A stretch of DNA of 64,000 nucleotides from positions 320,001 through 384,000 of the forward strand of contig CBDFIQ010000001.1 in the NCBI GenBank assembly GCA_965248195.1. Reading direction: 5' to 3'. The translations under genes were made by a program, and so were the position numbers. The notes below the pieces were generated by a model. It was given only the letters and a program-made list of their open reading frames with translations. It was not told where the DNA came from and ran no database searches. This stretch comes from Longimicrobiales bacterium (GTDB taxonomy: Bacteria > Gemmatimonadota > Gemmatimonadetes > Longimicrobiales > Gaopeijiaceae). Within the stretch, counting starts at the first letter, position 1. Every line of letters begins with the position of its first letter. Shown piece after piece: positions 41,034 to 50,808 of this stretch.

Positions 41034-41642
41034 CTACGCGCTAGGCCCGATGTCTTCGACCTCATCGGCCGTGTACATCCCGAGCCCGATCTCAGGGCAG
41101 TAGACGCGCGTCCAGAAGCCGCCGGCCCGGTACATGAGCATCTGCTCGGGCATTGTCTTCCACTTGCTGCCGCCCTTCTCATACCAGCCCTCGGCCTTCG
41201 CCAGTGCGATCGTGATGAGAGCACCTACACACTCATCTCCGCCGTCCTTGTCGACGGCCACCGCTCGGCACCCCCAGTCGTCCGAGCCCTCCGTGCCCTC
41301 GAACCGGAAGCGCAGCGGCGAGAACCGGCCCGAAGCGTTCACCGTGGCAATCAAGAACTTCGACCTCCAGGCCGGGCGGCCGTGGATGATGTCTAGGTTC
41401 TGCATCACCATGAACACCGACGCGCCGGTGCGGTTGGCCAGCTCCATGGCGATGAGGCAGTTCGGGAGGTTGTCCTGGTACTCCTTGGGGACCAACGAGC
41501 TTTTTGTGAGCGCCATCCCCATCCGCTGTGCAGCCTCGAAGTTGCCCTCGCTGGCGAAAGCTCCAATCGCTCCGCCCTCGTCGGCTAGGGTTTGGAATTC
41601 GTACCCGTCCGCTCTTGTGGCCACTGCTGTTGCGTCATCCAT
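41034..41642 (-). CDS. RecT-like phage single-strand annealing protein
   Basis: SSLVPKEYQ..PNC.IA.E.A.R....VMQNL..IHGRP.W and W.TMPEQML.YRA; near the RecE-like gene. Confidence 0.75.
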   Translation of the reverse strand: MDDATAVATRADGYEFQTLADEGGAIGAFASEGNFEAAQRMGMALTKSSLVPKEYQDNLPNCLIAMELANRTGASVFMVMQNLDIIHGRPAWRSKFLIATVNASGRFSPLRFRFEGTEGSDDWGCRAVAVDKDGGDECVGALITIALAKAEGWYEKGGSKWKTMPEQMLMYRAGGFWTRVYCPEIGLGMYTADEVEDIGPSA

Positions 41643-41657
41643 CGTTCAACTCCCGGT

Positions 41658-42185
41658 CTAAAGATTCAGGCTCGCGAACTCGCCGAAGAGTTCTTTCGCC
41701 GCGACGTCCCGCGCCCTAGCCGCCTCTTCTTCGCTCACGAAATATCCGAGTTCTATCACTTTGCCTTCATGCTCGATCTTGGCTCGCCACCGCCTACGCA
41801 ACTCGGGCCGGCTCTTCTGGAAAGAGACCCCCAAATACCTGGACGACCCTCCCTTGCTGACCTTGTTTCGTTGGTTCTCCACCTGCGAACACACGCGGAG
41901 GTTGCCTCTCCTATTATCCAGGCCATCGTGGTTGATGTGGTCCACATAGACCCTTGGGTGGGTCACTCCGACGATGATCCGGTGCATGGACACCATTTTC
42001 GCGCCGAAGGCTAGTGGGGTCCTGCCAACGGCGTATTGATGCCCGCACTTGATGATCCGACACCAGCGGATCGCAGAAATGAGCGGGAGATCGATTAAGT
42101 CGAAGACGGCTACGTAATCACGTCCGATGTCCATCTGGATGACGTCGGCAACTACCTCGTAGCTATTGCGGGCGATCAGATTCAC
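41658..42185 (-). CDS. HNH endonuclease with C-terminal AP2 domain
   Basis: VDHINHDGLDNRRGNLR; SRYLGVS..WRAKI..LGYF..EEEAARARD. Confidence 0.9.
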   Translation of the reverse strand: MNLIARNSYEVVADVIQMDIGRDYVAVFDLIDLPLISAIRWCRIIKCGHQYAVGRTPLAFGAKMVSMHRIIVGVTHPRVYVDHINHDGLDNRRGNLRVCSQVENQRNKVSKGGSSRYLGVSFQKSRPELRRRWRAKIEHEGKVIELGYFVSEEEAARARDVAAKELFGEFASLNL

Positions 42186-43099
42186 TCGTCCTCCTGCCGC
42201 TCATCGAACGCCCAGGGAGGCATCTTCAAGGAGATCATCTCATCTGAGAACCCGGGCCAGTGATCGTCGCCCAGGCACATGGCGTATCTATTCAGGTGTC
42301 TCGTGATCTCTCGGTTGCTCGCCGCCAGGTCGTCCTCGTCGAGCAGATAGACGGCGACGGGGTAGGGAGGCTCATTCTCGGGCACGATGAGGACACTGGA
42401 GTTGCGTTCCCGGCCGAGCGCATCACAGCCCCGACGATAGAACGCAGCCTTGCGGTGATAACCCATCTTGGCGGCGTCCCGTCGGAACCCGTGTGGGCTC
42501 GCATCGCGAGCGGACTTGAGATCTGCGATGAGCAGTGAGCGCTCGACGTCCCGGTCGATCCGCATCTTGCAGAGCACTCCGGTCTCTTCGTCGCGCCAGA
42601 TGCCGGTCAACTCGTAATCGCCCCGACCCTGGAAGAACGTGCGAGCACGGGGATGCGCCTGGATCGCGGCAGTCATACCTTGCAGGTCCGCCATCGCGTC
42701 CTGGGACAGTACATGGACGCCCGGATCCATCGGCTCGCCGTCGAGGGGGTCGTGGCCCCTCACACCGCAGTACGATGATCCGTCACGGTAAACGCTGCCC
42801 TGGTTCTCGCATGGGAACCCGGACCTCTTCTGCGCCTCGCACTGGCCGAGCGTGACGTACTGGCCCTCGAACAACAGCGGCTCAAGGAGCGCCATGTGCA
42901 GCGCCGTGCCGAGCTCCATCGCCGGTGTTGACGGCTTCGGGTTGTCCCGGTAGTACCGGAAGTGGAGCGGGCTCTTGCGCAACTGCTCGATCCCCGACGC
43001 GCTCATCGCGTCGATGGCGAGGTACTCCTCCATCGTGAGCCCCTCGTGCCAACCCACTTCGATCGCGGTGGTCGGCTCTTCCATCGTCGCCGTGCTCAT
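42182..43099 (-). CDS. PD-(D/E)XK exonuclease VIII/RecE-like (DUF3799-type)
   Basis: SASGI, GTALH..LLEP, CKMRID, IADLKS and YHRKAAFY. Confidence 0.85.
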   Translation of the reverse strand: MSTATMEEPTTAIEVGWHEGLTMEEYLAIDAMSASGIEQLRKSPLHFRYYRDNPKPSTPAMELGTALHMALLEPLLFEGQYVTLGQCEAQKRSGFPCENQGSVYRDGSSYCGVRGHDPLDGEPMDPGVHVLSQDAMADLQGMTAAIQAHPRARTFFQGRGDYELTGIWRDEETGVLCKMRIDRDVERSLLIADLKSARDASPHGFRRDAAKMGYHRKAAFYRRGCDALGRERNSSVLIVPENEPPYPVAVYLLDEDDLAASNREITRHLNRYAMCLGDDHWPGFSDEMISLKMPPWAFDERQEDE

Positions 43100-43500
43100 C
43101 GGATCACCGTCACGCGGTCGACGCCAGCGCCTGGGATTTCATACGCGATCAGCCGATGGACGATCATGCCGACCGTATGCAGGTCCGCGACCCCGTCCTC
43201 GACGAGTACTCGAACACGACCGTCGAAGTCGCAGAGGTAGCAGAAGTGGACCGGCGTCCCACCGTGCTTGCCTGGGTCCTCAATTAGAACCGGCTCACAC
43301 CATTTCACGCAGTCGTGGCAGACGCGAAGGCCCTGCTCGTCGGAGAACTCCGCGTTCGTCTGGTCGTCGTAGCGAGCGACGGACTGGTCATTGCCCCGTC
43401 GATCGACGTAGACCACCGGAGTGTATCCCGGGTCGCCGTCGGCTTGCGCCTGCGCGCAGCAGTTGCCTCCGTCTCGTTCGACTAGCTTGACCTCATTCAT
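43096..43500 (-). CDS. Hypothetical phage protein, Cys-rich
   Basis: MNEVKL... with CHDC and CYLC; its SD (GGAGG) lies on the far side of the IS. Confidence 0.55.
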   Translation of the reverse strand: MNEVKLVERDGGNCCAQAQADGDPGYTPVVYVDRRGNDQSVARYDDQTNAEFSDEQGLRVCHDCVKWCEPVLIEDPGKHGGTPVHFCYLCDFDGRVRVLVEDGVADLHTVGMIVHRLIAYEIPGAGVDRVTVIR

Positions 43501-43502
43501 TC

Positions 43503-45069
43503 CGGAACCTGTCAACGACAATGGGACACTCTACGGGATTAATTAGAGAGCAATATCCTGTGTGGTGAGGGAAGGGATGGGAGGATTGATGTAGACGGCC
43601 TCCGGGAGCGGTTTGGGCTTCGGCACACCTGTGACGAAGCGTTCGGGATGAGCGGCCCATGCTTCGCGGAGCACGGATTTCCTGCCGGCAATGACCTGAT
43701 CGGCGTTCCCGAAGTGGACCTGCTCGGGGGTTAGCATCGAGATACCGCCATGGCGGTGCTCGGCATTGTACCAGCGGAAGAACGATCGACACAACGTCTT
43801 GGCCTGGCCCTGATCCCCGAACCGCCCGGGAAACGAGGGATGGTACTTCAAGGTTTTGAACTGAGCCTCGGAAAACGGGTTGTCATCCGACACCTGAGGC
43901 CGGCTCAACGAGCGAGTCACGCCGAGGTCAGCGAGAAGTTGAGCGGTGCATTGGCTCGTCATTGGAGCTCCCCGATCCGAGTGCAGGGTCAGGACCCGGG
44001 GCTGGACGCCATGCTTCAGGCAGCTCTGCTGGATCAACCGGCCGGCCAGGGCCGAGTTCTCCCGGTCCGCCACCATCCAGCCCACGACGTAGCGGCTGTA
44101 GATGTCCATGATGACGTAGAGGTAGTAATAGCTCCACTTCTTCGGCCCGAGTAGCCGCGTGATATCCCAGGACCACACCTGGTTCGGCGCCGTGGCCATC
44201 AACTCGGGCTTCTTGTACTCGGGATGGGTGCGCTGCGCCCGGCGTTCCTGAACCGGCACCTCGGAGGCCAGAACACGATACATCGTGCGTTCGCTGCACA
44301 GGTAGACCTCTTCGTCGAGCAGCGTGGCCACCACCTCGGCGGGTGAGCGGTCCACGAACCGCTCCGAACACAGCGTGTCGAAGACCTCGCCTCGTTCCGT
44401 CTCGCTCAATGCCCGGGCGGGCGTCGGGCGGGGCTGCCGTTGCCCGGTCGATGGGCCTCGACGACGGTAGAACGTCGATCGGGAGACCTCGAGAGCCGCG
44501 CACGCCGGTTTTACACCGACGTGCTTAGCCAGCTCATCGGCCGCCTTCAAGAGTTCGTCCCGTCGTCGAGGCTTATCCCCAGCAGCCCCGCAACTTTTCC
44601 CTGCACGTCGATGATCAGGTGTGCCTTCCTGAGCTCATTCTCGAGCCGTGCGTTTTGCCGCTCCAGCTTGCGTACCTTCTCATCCAGCGGATTCCGCTCC
44701 GGCTTGCGGCCGCGTTTCTTCGACAGGGCCTTCAGCGACCCGCTATGCGCCGCCTTGCGCCACGTCGTCAGGTGCGACGAGTACAGGCCCTCGCGCCGCA
44801 GGAGCTGACCCACCTCGCCGGGCTCGGTGCACCGGTCCGCTTCTTCGACGATCCGCAGCTTGTACGATGGACTGAACCGCCGGCGTAGCGGCCTATCTAC
44901 TACCTCCGGGTCCGCAGGAGCTGCCGCGCTTCGCTTGGCCTCCCCGATTCCAGGGGCACTACCATTCTCTTCCATTCTCTCTCGCAGTCCCAACATGTTC
45001 GTTTTCTCTGCCTTCGCCCTACTCTAATTCTTTGCGTGCTCCGTGTCTCACGTACGTTGGCAGAGAGGG
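43503..45069 (-). mobile_element. IS3-family element type 1, copy 1 (orfA 44547-44996, orfB 43543-44550)
   Basis: HTH orfA plus rve orfB (WSWDIT, HSDRG, DNPFSEA); 1567 bp, apparently identical to copies 2 and 3; flanks TTC/CTC (imperfect). Confidence 0.92.
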
Positions 45070-46105
45070 CTCCGGCCTCCAGCTCGGCCGCGGCGCACCA
45101 TCAAGTCACCGCCTCAAGCACACGAACCACCGTCTCGAGCCTCTCGCCTCCGGTGGCCGCTCGAACAAATTCGAGTGCGAGGGAGAACGCTTCTTCGTTT
45201 CGGCTCGACTCAAGGAACTCACATCCCGACTGGGTAAGCCGAAAGGCAGGATCGCCGACGGCGTTATCCTGCGTGAGCAGTCCGGCATCGAAGGGCGAGG
45301 TTGAGGTGAAGGGGCCCCTTCCCGAGCCCGCGTACCCCGGCCCGCCACCCACCCTCCTCAACCTTCATCAGGAGTTCACGCAGGTATGGCAGATCGCGCT
45401 TCACGTTGTCGTGCTCATCGATCCCACCCTCGCCCTGCGCTCTCGATACGCCTAGCTTCGGCGCGCAACGATTCCACGCTCCGCCTGGTGATGACGTCAC
45501 CGGCCCAGAATTGCACGGCGATTATCAGCCAGCAGCACACGAGTCCGAAAAAGAACGCTGTTCGGCCCGGGCGGTCTGCTGACGCTCTTCTCGAGCGGTT
45601 GGACCGCATACACGAGCTCGCGCTCCCTGTCTACCACACGATCGGCGAGGCGGTCCGGCAGTACGTGCTGGCTCATGGCGTTGACCCGCTGGAAATCGAC
45701 AGGGAGTTCTTGCGCGATCTCTTTGGCGACGAGAGATAGGCGGAAATCAGCGCACGGACCCACGCGGCCTCAATCTCAGCCACCGTCAGAAAGTCGCCCC
45801 GCTCTCGGGCCCTCAGCAGCGTCACAAGTAGTTCCGGATAGTGCTCGGCTAGCCAGGAGTCGAGGCGCAGGTCGGCGGACATCGAGCCGGCTCCGTCTCT
45901 CCCGTGTGCGCGTACCGGATGGTCGCAGTTCGATCTTCGGTCGCTCGGGCCGGGCCCCCTCACGGCGCCGCCTCCGTCTCCGCCAGCACGCGCTCGCTCA
46001 TGGACGAGAAGGCTCCCCCGCTGATACGATCAGCGTCGCCAAACAACCGATCAGCCATCAACGGAGGAGCCTCCTGTGAGCGTTCTGAGCACCGGCGAGA
46101 AACCG

Positions 46106-46582
46106 ATGGACCGCGAATACCAACGTGAAGTCTTGGCCAGGCTGCGAGAGGCCTATCCCAACCGGGTCAGTGCCTCCCAGCTGCCTCCACGAGATGAGAC
46201 GAGCCTTGGGGCTACGCTCTACTATCTCGACGAACATCAGCTCATCGATCTCAGGCGAGCGCCTACTATGGAGAATCCGATCGCAATCCTCGATGCGAGA
46301 ATCACTGCCAAGGGTCTGGACTTCCTCGCCGACGACGGTGGCCTGAGCGCCATTCTGGGAGTCGTGACGATCAAGCTCGACTCGGACGACCTCCGAGCCC
46401 TGATGGTCTCGCGGGTCGAAGCGTCTGACCTGCCGCCCAAGGAGAAACAGCGCCGCATTCACGCTATTCGTTCCTTTTCCGCGTCGGTACTGCGGGACGC
46501 GACGGTCCGCTGGGCAACTGAAGCACTGGTCCGTCTGCCGGACGCAGTTCAGCTATTTCAAACAGGTGCCGGGCCGTCGTGA
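46106..46582 (+). CDS. Conserved phage hypothetical protein (winged-helix-like N-terminus), antisense to the early operon
   Basis: L.YL.EH.LI and ITAKGLDFLADDGGLSAILGVVTIKL pattern. Confidence 0.7.
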   Translation: MDREYQREVLARLREAYPNRVSASQLPPRDETSLGATLYYLDEHQLIDLRRAPTMENPIAILDARITAKGLDFLADDGGLSAILGVVTIKLDSDDLRALMVSRVEASDLPPKEKQRRIHAIRSFSASVLRDATVRWATEALVRLPDAVQLFQTGAGPS

Positions 46583-46760
46583 GCGCGACATCCTGCAGGG
46601 GTCGCATCCGCAAGTAGCCGATCGGGCGGTGTGTGGCCTCGATGCTCGCGAGCGTCAGCCAGTGCTCGCCCTCTCGGTTCACGTTCTCCACGATCACCGT
46701 CGCCGTGCCAAACTCCGCGTCCTTGACGATCTGAATCCGGCCATGCTCGCCCGCACTCAT
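46464..46760 (-). CDS. Hypothetical phage protein
   Basis: ATG coupled to the stop of the upstream early gene; 3' end overlaps the opposite-strand gene. Confidence 0.4.
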   Translation of the reverse strand: MSAGEHGRIQIVKDAEFGTATVIVENVNREGEHWLTLASIEATHRPIGYLRMRPLQDVALTTARHLFEIAELRPADGPVLQLPSGPSRPAVPTRKRNE

Positions 46761-46777
46761 CCCTCACCCCCCGCCAG

Positions 46778-48153
46778 GGTAGTGTCCCTAGATTTGTGTA
46801 AAAGCGGATAAGCTGGACAGGAGGGAAAGAAAAACGGAAGCTCCTCTGTTGTTGTTCACTGTCACATGAACCCGGGAGTCCGGGTCTGCAGAGCAGGCTC
46901 GGAACCGGAGAGGAGCTTCCGATGCAAGAGATTGTGGAGATCGGTCGGGCCACGCAAGACGAGCTACGCGATGATTTGCGCGAGCTGTTTCAAGGCGCGA
47001 TCCGGCTGACGCTCGAGATGGTGCTGGAAGAGGAGCTGAAGGCCATGGTAGGTGCACGCCGCTTCGAGCGGGTGGGAAGCCGGAAGGACCATAGGAACGG
47101 CACATACCTGAGGCGGCTGCTGACGAGCCTGGGGCAGATCGAGGTCGCCATGCCCCGGAGCCGGGACAACGGTTCGCCGGCCGACGTGATCGGCCGCTAC
47201 CAGCGCAGGAGCCCCGAGCTCGACGAGATGATGGTCGAGGCGTATGTGAGCGGCGTGTCACAGCGCAAGATGGGCGACGTCACCGAGGCGCTGATGGGCG
47301 AGCGTGTTGGGCGCTCGACGGTGAGTCGTGTGGCAAAACGGCTCGACGAGGCCGTGGAAGGGCTGCGCCGTGCGCCGATCGAGGGGCCTCACCCCTATCT
47401 GTACCTGGACGCCACGTTCTTGGACGCCCGCTGGGCCCGCAAAGTCGAGAACGTGAGTGCGCTCGTGGCGTATGCAGTGGGCCCTGAGGGTCACCGACGG
47501 CTCCTGGCCGTCACGCTGGGCGCTGAGGAGTCGCAGCAGAGCTGGTCGGAGCTCCTCGAGCAACTCCAGGACCGCGGCCTCGGCGGTGTCGAGCTCGTGA
47601 TCGCCGATGAGCACGCAGGCCTGGCAGCTGCGGTCCGCCGCTTCCTGCCCGAGGCACGCCGTCAGAGGTGTACGGTCCATCTGCAGCGTAATGTGGGGGC
47701 GAGGGTCCCCCACCGCCTACGCAAGCGCGTGGCGCGTGAGGTCTCGGTGATCTTCCAGACATCCGGACTCGCCGAGGCGAAGAAGCTCCTGGGCGAGTTC
47801 GGCGCACGCTGGAAGAAGGAGCTGCCCGAGGCCGTGGAGGTCCTGGAGCGGGGCTTCGGGGCAGCGACGCAGTTCTACGCGTTCCCCGAGGCGCACTGGC
47901 CCCGGCTGCGTACCACCAACAGCCTCGAGCGGCTGCACGGCGAGATCAAACGCAGGATCAAGGCCGCCGGCGCCTTCCCGGACCGGGCCAGCGCCCTCAG
48001 GCTCATCACGGCCGTCGCACTCAGGACCACACACGTCTGGGGCGACCGGCGTTACCTCGACCTCTCACTCCTCCAGAAACAGGAGGTCGCCCAAGCAGCC
48101 TAGCCGAAGGCGAGGAGCTTCCTCCGCTTTTACACACAAATCGGGACTTGACC
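46778..48153 (+). mobile_element. IS256-family element, copy B (intact transposase 46922-48103)
   Basis: Same IRs as copy A; flanking repeat CCCGCCAG (46770-77 / 48154-61). Confidence 0.93.
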
Positions 48154-48344
48154 CCCGCCAGCACCACGCGGGCGAGTTCGGCGAGCCTCCAATGCTCCCA
48201 GTCGCCGCCCCATCGCTCGGCACGCTCCGTGTCACCGCCCCAGGAGTCGTACTCCGGTTCCGTCTCAGGCGCGTCCCGGACGATCTCGCGCAGACACGCC
48301 AACATCTCCGGCGCGGCGGCGATCAGCCGGGCGTTCGCCGTCAC
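48154..48344 (-). CDS. Small phage protein (ANARLIAAAPEM motif); 3' end displaced by IS256
   Basis: Common phage motif; GAGGAGG SD; original end LAGGEG* is restored by removing the IS. Confidence 0.65.
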
Positions 48345-48717
48345 GATGCCACCTCCTCGACTCCCTCAGCGACCCGGCGCTCGGGTAGCTCTCTCATCGT
48401 GAGTTCACCTGGACGACGGTGCCCCGAGCCAACGTGGTCGGCTTGTGCGGAGCGGTGAACGCCCGCCCCCTGATAACCCGCTTGGCGCCGCCGCTGTAGC
48501 GAACCGTGACCGAACCCATGCCCCTTGCGAGTACCTTGAGCTTGGTGCCCCGGTGGTCGTAGCAGACGCGACCCCGACGCAGGTTGCCGAGGTAGGCGTG
48601 GCCGGGGGCAAACGCCGGTGTGTCGTTGCCGTCGTAGTCGACGAAGGGCTCCACCGTCTTAGGCCCCCTCCTGTGAGGCCAGCGCATCCCGCAACGAATG
48701 CGCGTCCTGGGTGCGCA

Positions 48718-48966
48718 TCACCCCACCACCTCATCACCCGCCAGCACACGCTCGCGGGCCTCGTTGGCCGCCTTCTCCGCCGCTTCGAGCCTGTCCAGCG
48801 TCGCGTTGAGCCGAGCCTCGAAATCCTCGGGGGGCTTACGGAGCCCCCGCAGGTAGCGACTGAAAAGGGAGCGGTCGATCCCCATCTCCAGGGCTACGCG
48901 CTCCTGGGGAATGCCGAGAAGGGCTAGGCGGCTTCTGATCTCTAACGAACTGGCTTCGTTTATCAT
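48718..48966 (-). CDS. Cro-like XRE HTH protein
   Basis: GIPQERVALEMGIDRSLFSRYLRG; divergent from cI. Confidence 0.8.
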   Translation of the reverse strand: MINEASSLEIRSRLALLGIPQERVALEMGIDRSLFSRYLRGLRKPPEDFEARLNATLDRLEAAEKAANEARERVLAGDEVVG

Positions 48967-49028
48967 GCTGGGACGATATACGAACTGAATTCATATGTCA
49001 ACCCGCATGGTGCCCGCTATGTTATATA
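48944..49028. promoter_or_regulatory. cro/cI switch region with divergent promoters and two 17-bp operators
   Basis: Minus strand TTGACA(49001-48996)-17-TATCGT(48978-73); operators AACGAACTGGCTTCGTT (48944-60) and TACGAACTGAATTCATA (48979-95). Confidence 0.7.
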
Positions 49029-49868
49029 ATGCATACGATCCTCGGTGTGCGGCTCGCGGAGTCCCGGAAACGGTCTGGCCTTACCCAGAATCGCCTTGCT
49101 GCTGAGATGGGGGAGCGATACGACCAGACAATGATCTCGGCCGTTGAGCGCGGTCAGTCAGCCATGCTCTTTGACGGCCTGTTAAAGGCCGCCCGTGTCC
49201 TCGACACCTCGCTCGACTACCTGGCTGGCCTCACCGACAACCCGATCCCAGTGGACGACCGGGCCCGCGAAGCCGAGGAGCGAGCCCGCGAAGCCGAGGC
49301 CCGGGTACGCCGAGAGGAAGCGCGGAACCGCCAGCAGCTTGAAGCCGCGCTGCGCACCGAGACGGAGCTGGAGCGCCTGCGGGCGCAGGCCGCCGCTACG
49401 GCCAAGCTCCCCGACCCCGACGTGTCCCCGATCCAGTCAGCGCCGGGCTGGCATGACGAAGACTACGAGTCCGTCAGACGCTACGAGTCCGAGGATGTAC
49501 GGCTCGCGGCGGGAACCGGAACGTTCACGGACCAAGAGCCCGCCGCAGGTGAGGTCAAATTCCGCACAAGCTGGCTGCGCAAGCGAAGGCTGAGGGCCAA
49601 GGACCTCTTCCTGGTCGATGTATTGGGCGATAGTATGGAGCGCACGATCTTCGACGGAGACGCGGCGCTAGTTGATGAGACCCACAGATCGCCACGCAGC
49701 GGTAAAATCTACGCACTTCAGGCGGGAGAGGGTCCACTGGTCAAGCGTGTTCGCAAGCGCGACCACCGCTGGTGGGCCGACAGCGACAACGAAGAGTACG
49801 AGCCGCAGCCGCTCGACGATCGAGCCCGAATCATGGGCCGCGTCGTCTGGTGGGCGCACACGGATTGA
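49029..49868 (+). CDS. CI-like repressor (XRE HTH, coiled-coil linker, S24 peptidase)
   Basis: GLTQ.RLA; AAGTG cleavage-like site; VLGDSME (Ser), LVKR (Lys) and GRVVW. Confidence 0.92.
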   Translation: MHTILGVRLAESRKRSGLTQNRLAAEMGERYDQTMISAVERGQSAMLFDGLLKAARVLDTSLDYLAGLTDNPIPVDDRAREAEERAREAEARVRREEARNRQQLEAALRTETELERLRAQAAATAKLPDPDVSPIQSAPGWHDEDYESVRRYESEDVRLAAGTGTFTDQEPAAGEVKFRTSWLRKRRLRAKDLFLVDVLGDSMERTIFDGDAALVDETHRSPRSGKIYALQAGEGPLVKRVRKRDHRWWADSDNEEYEPQPLDDRARIMGRVVWWAHTD

Positions 49869-49973
49869 GGGGGTCAAGCGCCAGCATCAGCTTGAGCAAG
49901 CAGCAGACGGGATCGCCGCGTCATCGTAGGCGCGGACACTTTTGTTTCACCAGCCGCTATCCCCCCATGGCGG
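49835..49973 (+). repeat. About 135-bp direct repeat, copy 1 (cI 3' end plus downstream leader)
   Basis: Near-identical to 54062-54198. Confidence 0.9.
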
Positions 49974-49991
49974 TGAAGGGAGGGAGGGGAC

Positions 49992-50345
49992 GTGGTTCGC
50001 AAACTCTCTGCTCTGTCTCTTGCTCTTGGCGTAGTTGCCTGTGGCAGCGGAAATGGTGGCGCCGGACCCGATTTGGGCTTAGGCCTTGATCCGCTCGACG
50101 CCATCGCGACAGTATCGGTCTCGCCAAGTTCGGCAACGGTGGAAGTCGGAGCCACTACCCAACTGTCCGCCACCGTGACGAACGGCCACGGCAACATCGT
50201 GAATACGTCCCCGACATGGTCTACTGCCTCGCGGGATTGGGTGCAAACGAGTTACGGCACCAAAATACTGAAGGCTCAGGAGTACCGGGACAGGTATGGA
50301 ACACCAGCGATCGTATCCGAACGACATTGGGTTGCGCACCTATGA
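49992..50345 (+). CDS. Lipoprotein with Ig-like (Big_2) domain, probably truncated
   Basis: Lipobox VVAC; VSVSPSSATVEVGATTQLSATV...TWST. Confidence 0.65.
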   Translation: MVRKLSALSLALGVVACGSGNGGAGPDLGLGLDPLDAIATVSVSPSSATVEVGATTQLSATVTNGHGNIVNTSPTWSTASRDWVQTSYGTKILKAQEYRDRYGTPAIVSERHWVAHL

Positions 50346-50488
50346 AAAGGATCACCTTCCTGGCATTCGCACTCGCCGCTTGCTCATCTTCAACAGAGCC
50401 AGCATCGATCGGATAGCGCACCTTCAGATGGTCCAAGCCGTGGGCGCACACGGATCTGGGGTGAGGCCAGAGGGGGGAGCCAGGGCGA

Positions 50489-50782
50489 ATGGGCAAAAAA
50501 TCCGGTACGTCATACCACGAGTTCCCGAGCGGCCAGGAGACCATACATCTGGTGCAGCCGTATCGGATGGTCAAGAAGCGCGGACTAACGCCGGTCGACG
50601 CACTGCGAGTGGCCAGCCCGACCGCAGCCCGGGAGCGGGCGAAGCGGCTGTTCGAGTCTGGCCGGTACTCGGGGGTGGACGCGGTGACGGTGACGGGAGA
50701 CCCGGATCTGGGTGAGTATGCTGATCCGGTGTTTCACGTCCGGCTGGGGCAGGTGCCGGATTCCGAGGGCGAAGAGTCCTGA
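50489..50782 (+). CDS. Hypothetical protein
   Basis: 97-aa ORF with SD; ends GDPDLGEYADPVF..RLGQVP. Confidence 0.65.
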   Translation: MGKKSGTSYHEFPSGQETIHLVQPYRMVKKRGLTPVDALRVASPTAARERAKRLFESGRYSGVDAVTVTGDPDLGEYADPVFHVRLGQVPDSEGEES

Positions 50783-50808
50783 GCGTTGAGGCGACGAGGC
50801 GAGGTCAT

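Noticed and set aside
41034..41036. Phage-wide TAG recoding
   Set aside because: Other phage genes end normally at TAG and no suppressor tRNA is present; this is a single case
45070..46075. Several short overlapping ORFs in the early region
   Set aside because: Probably small phage genes, but frames and starts cannot be chosen with confidence
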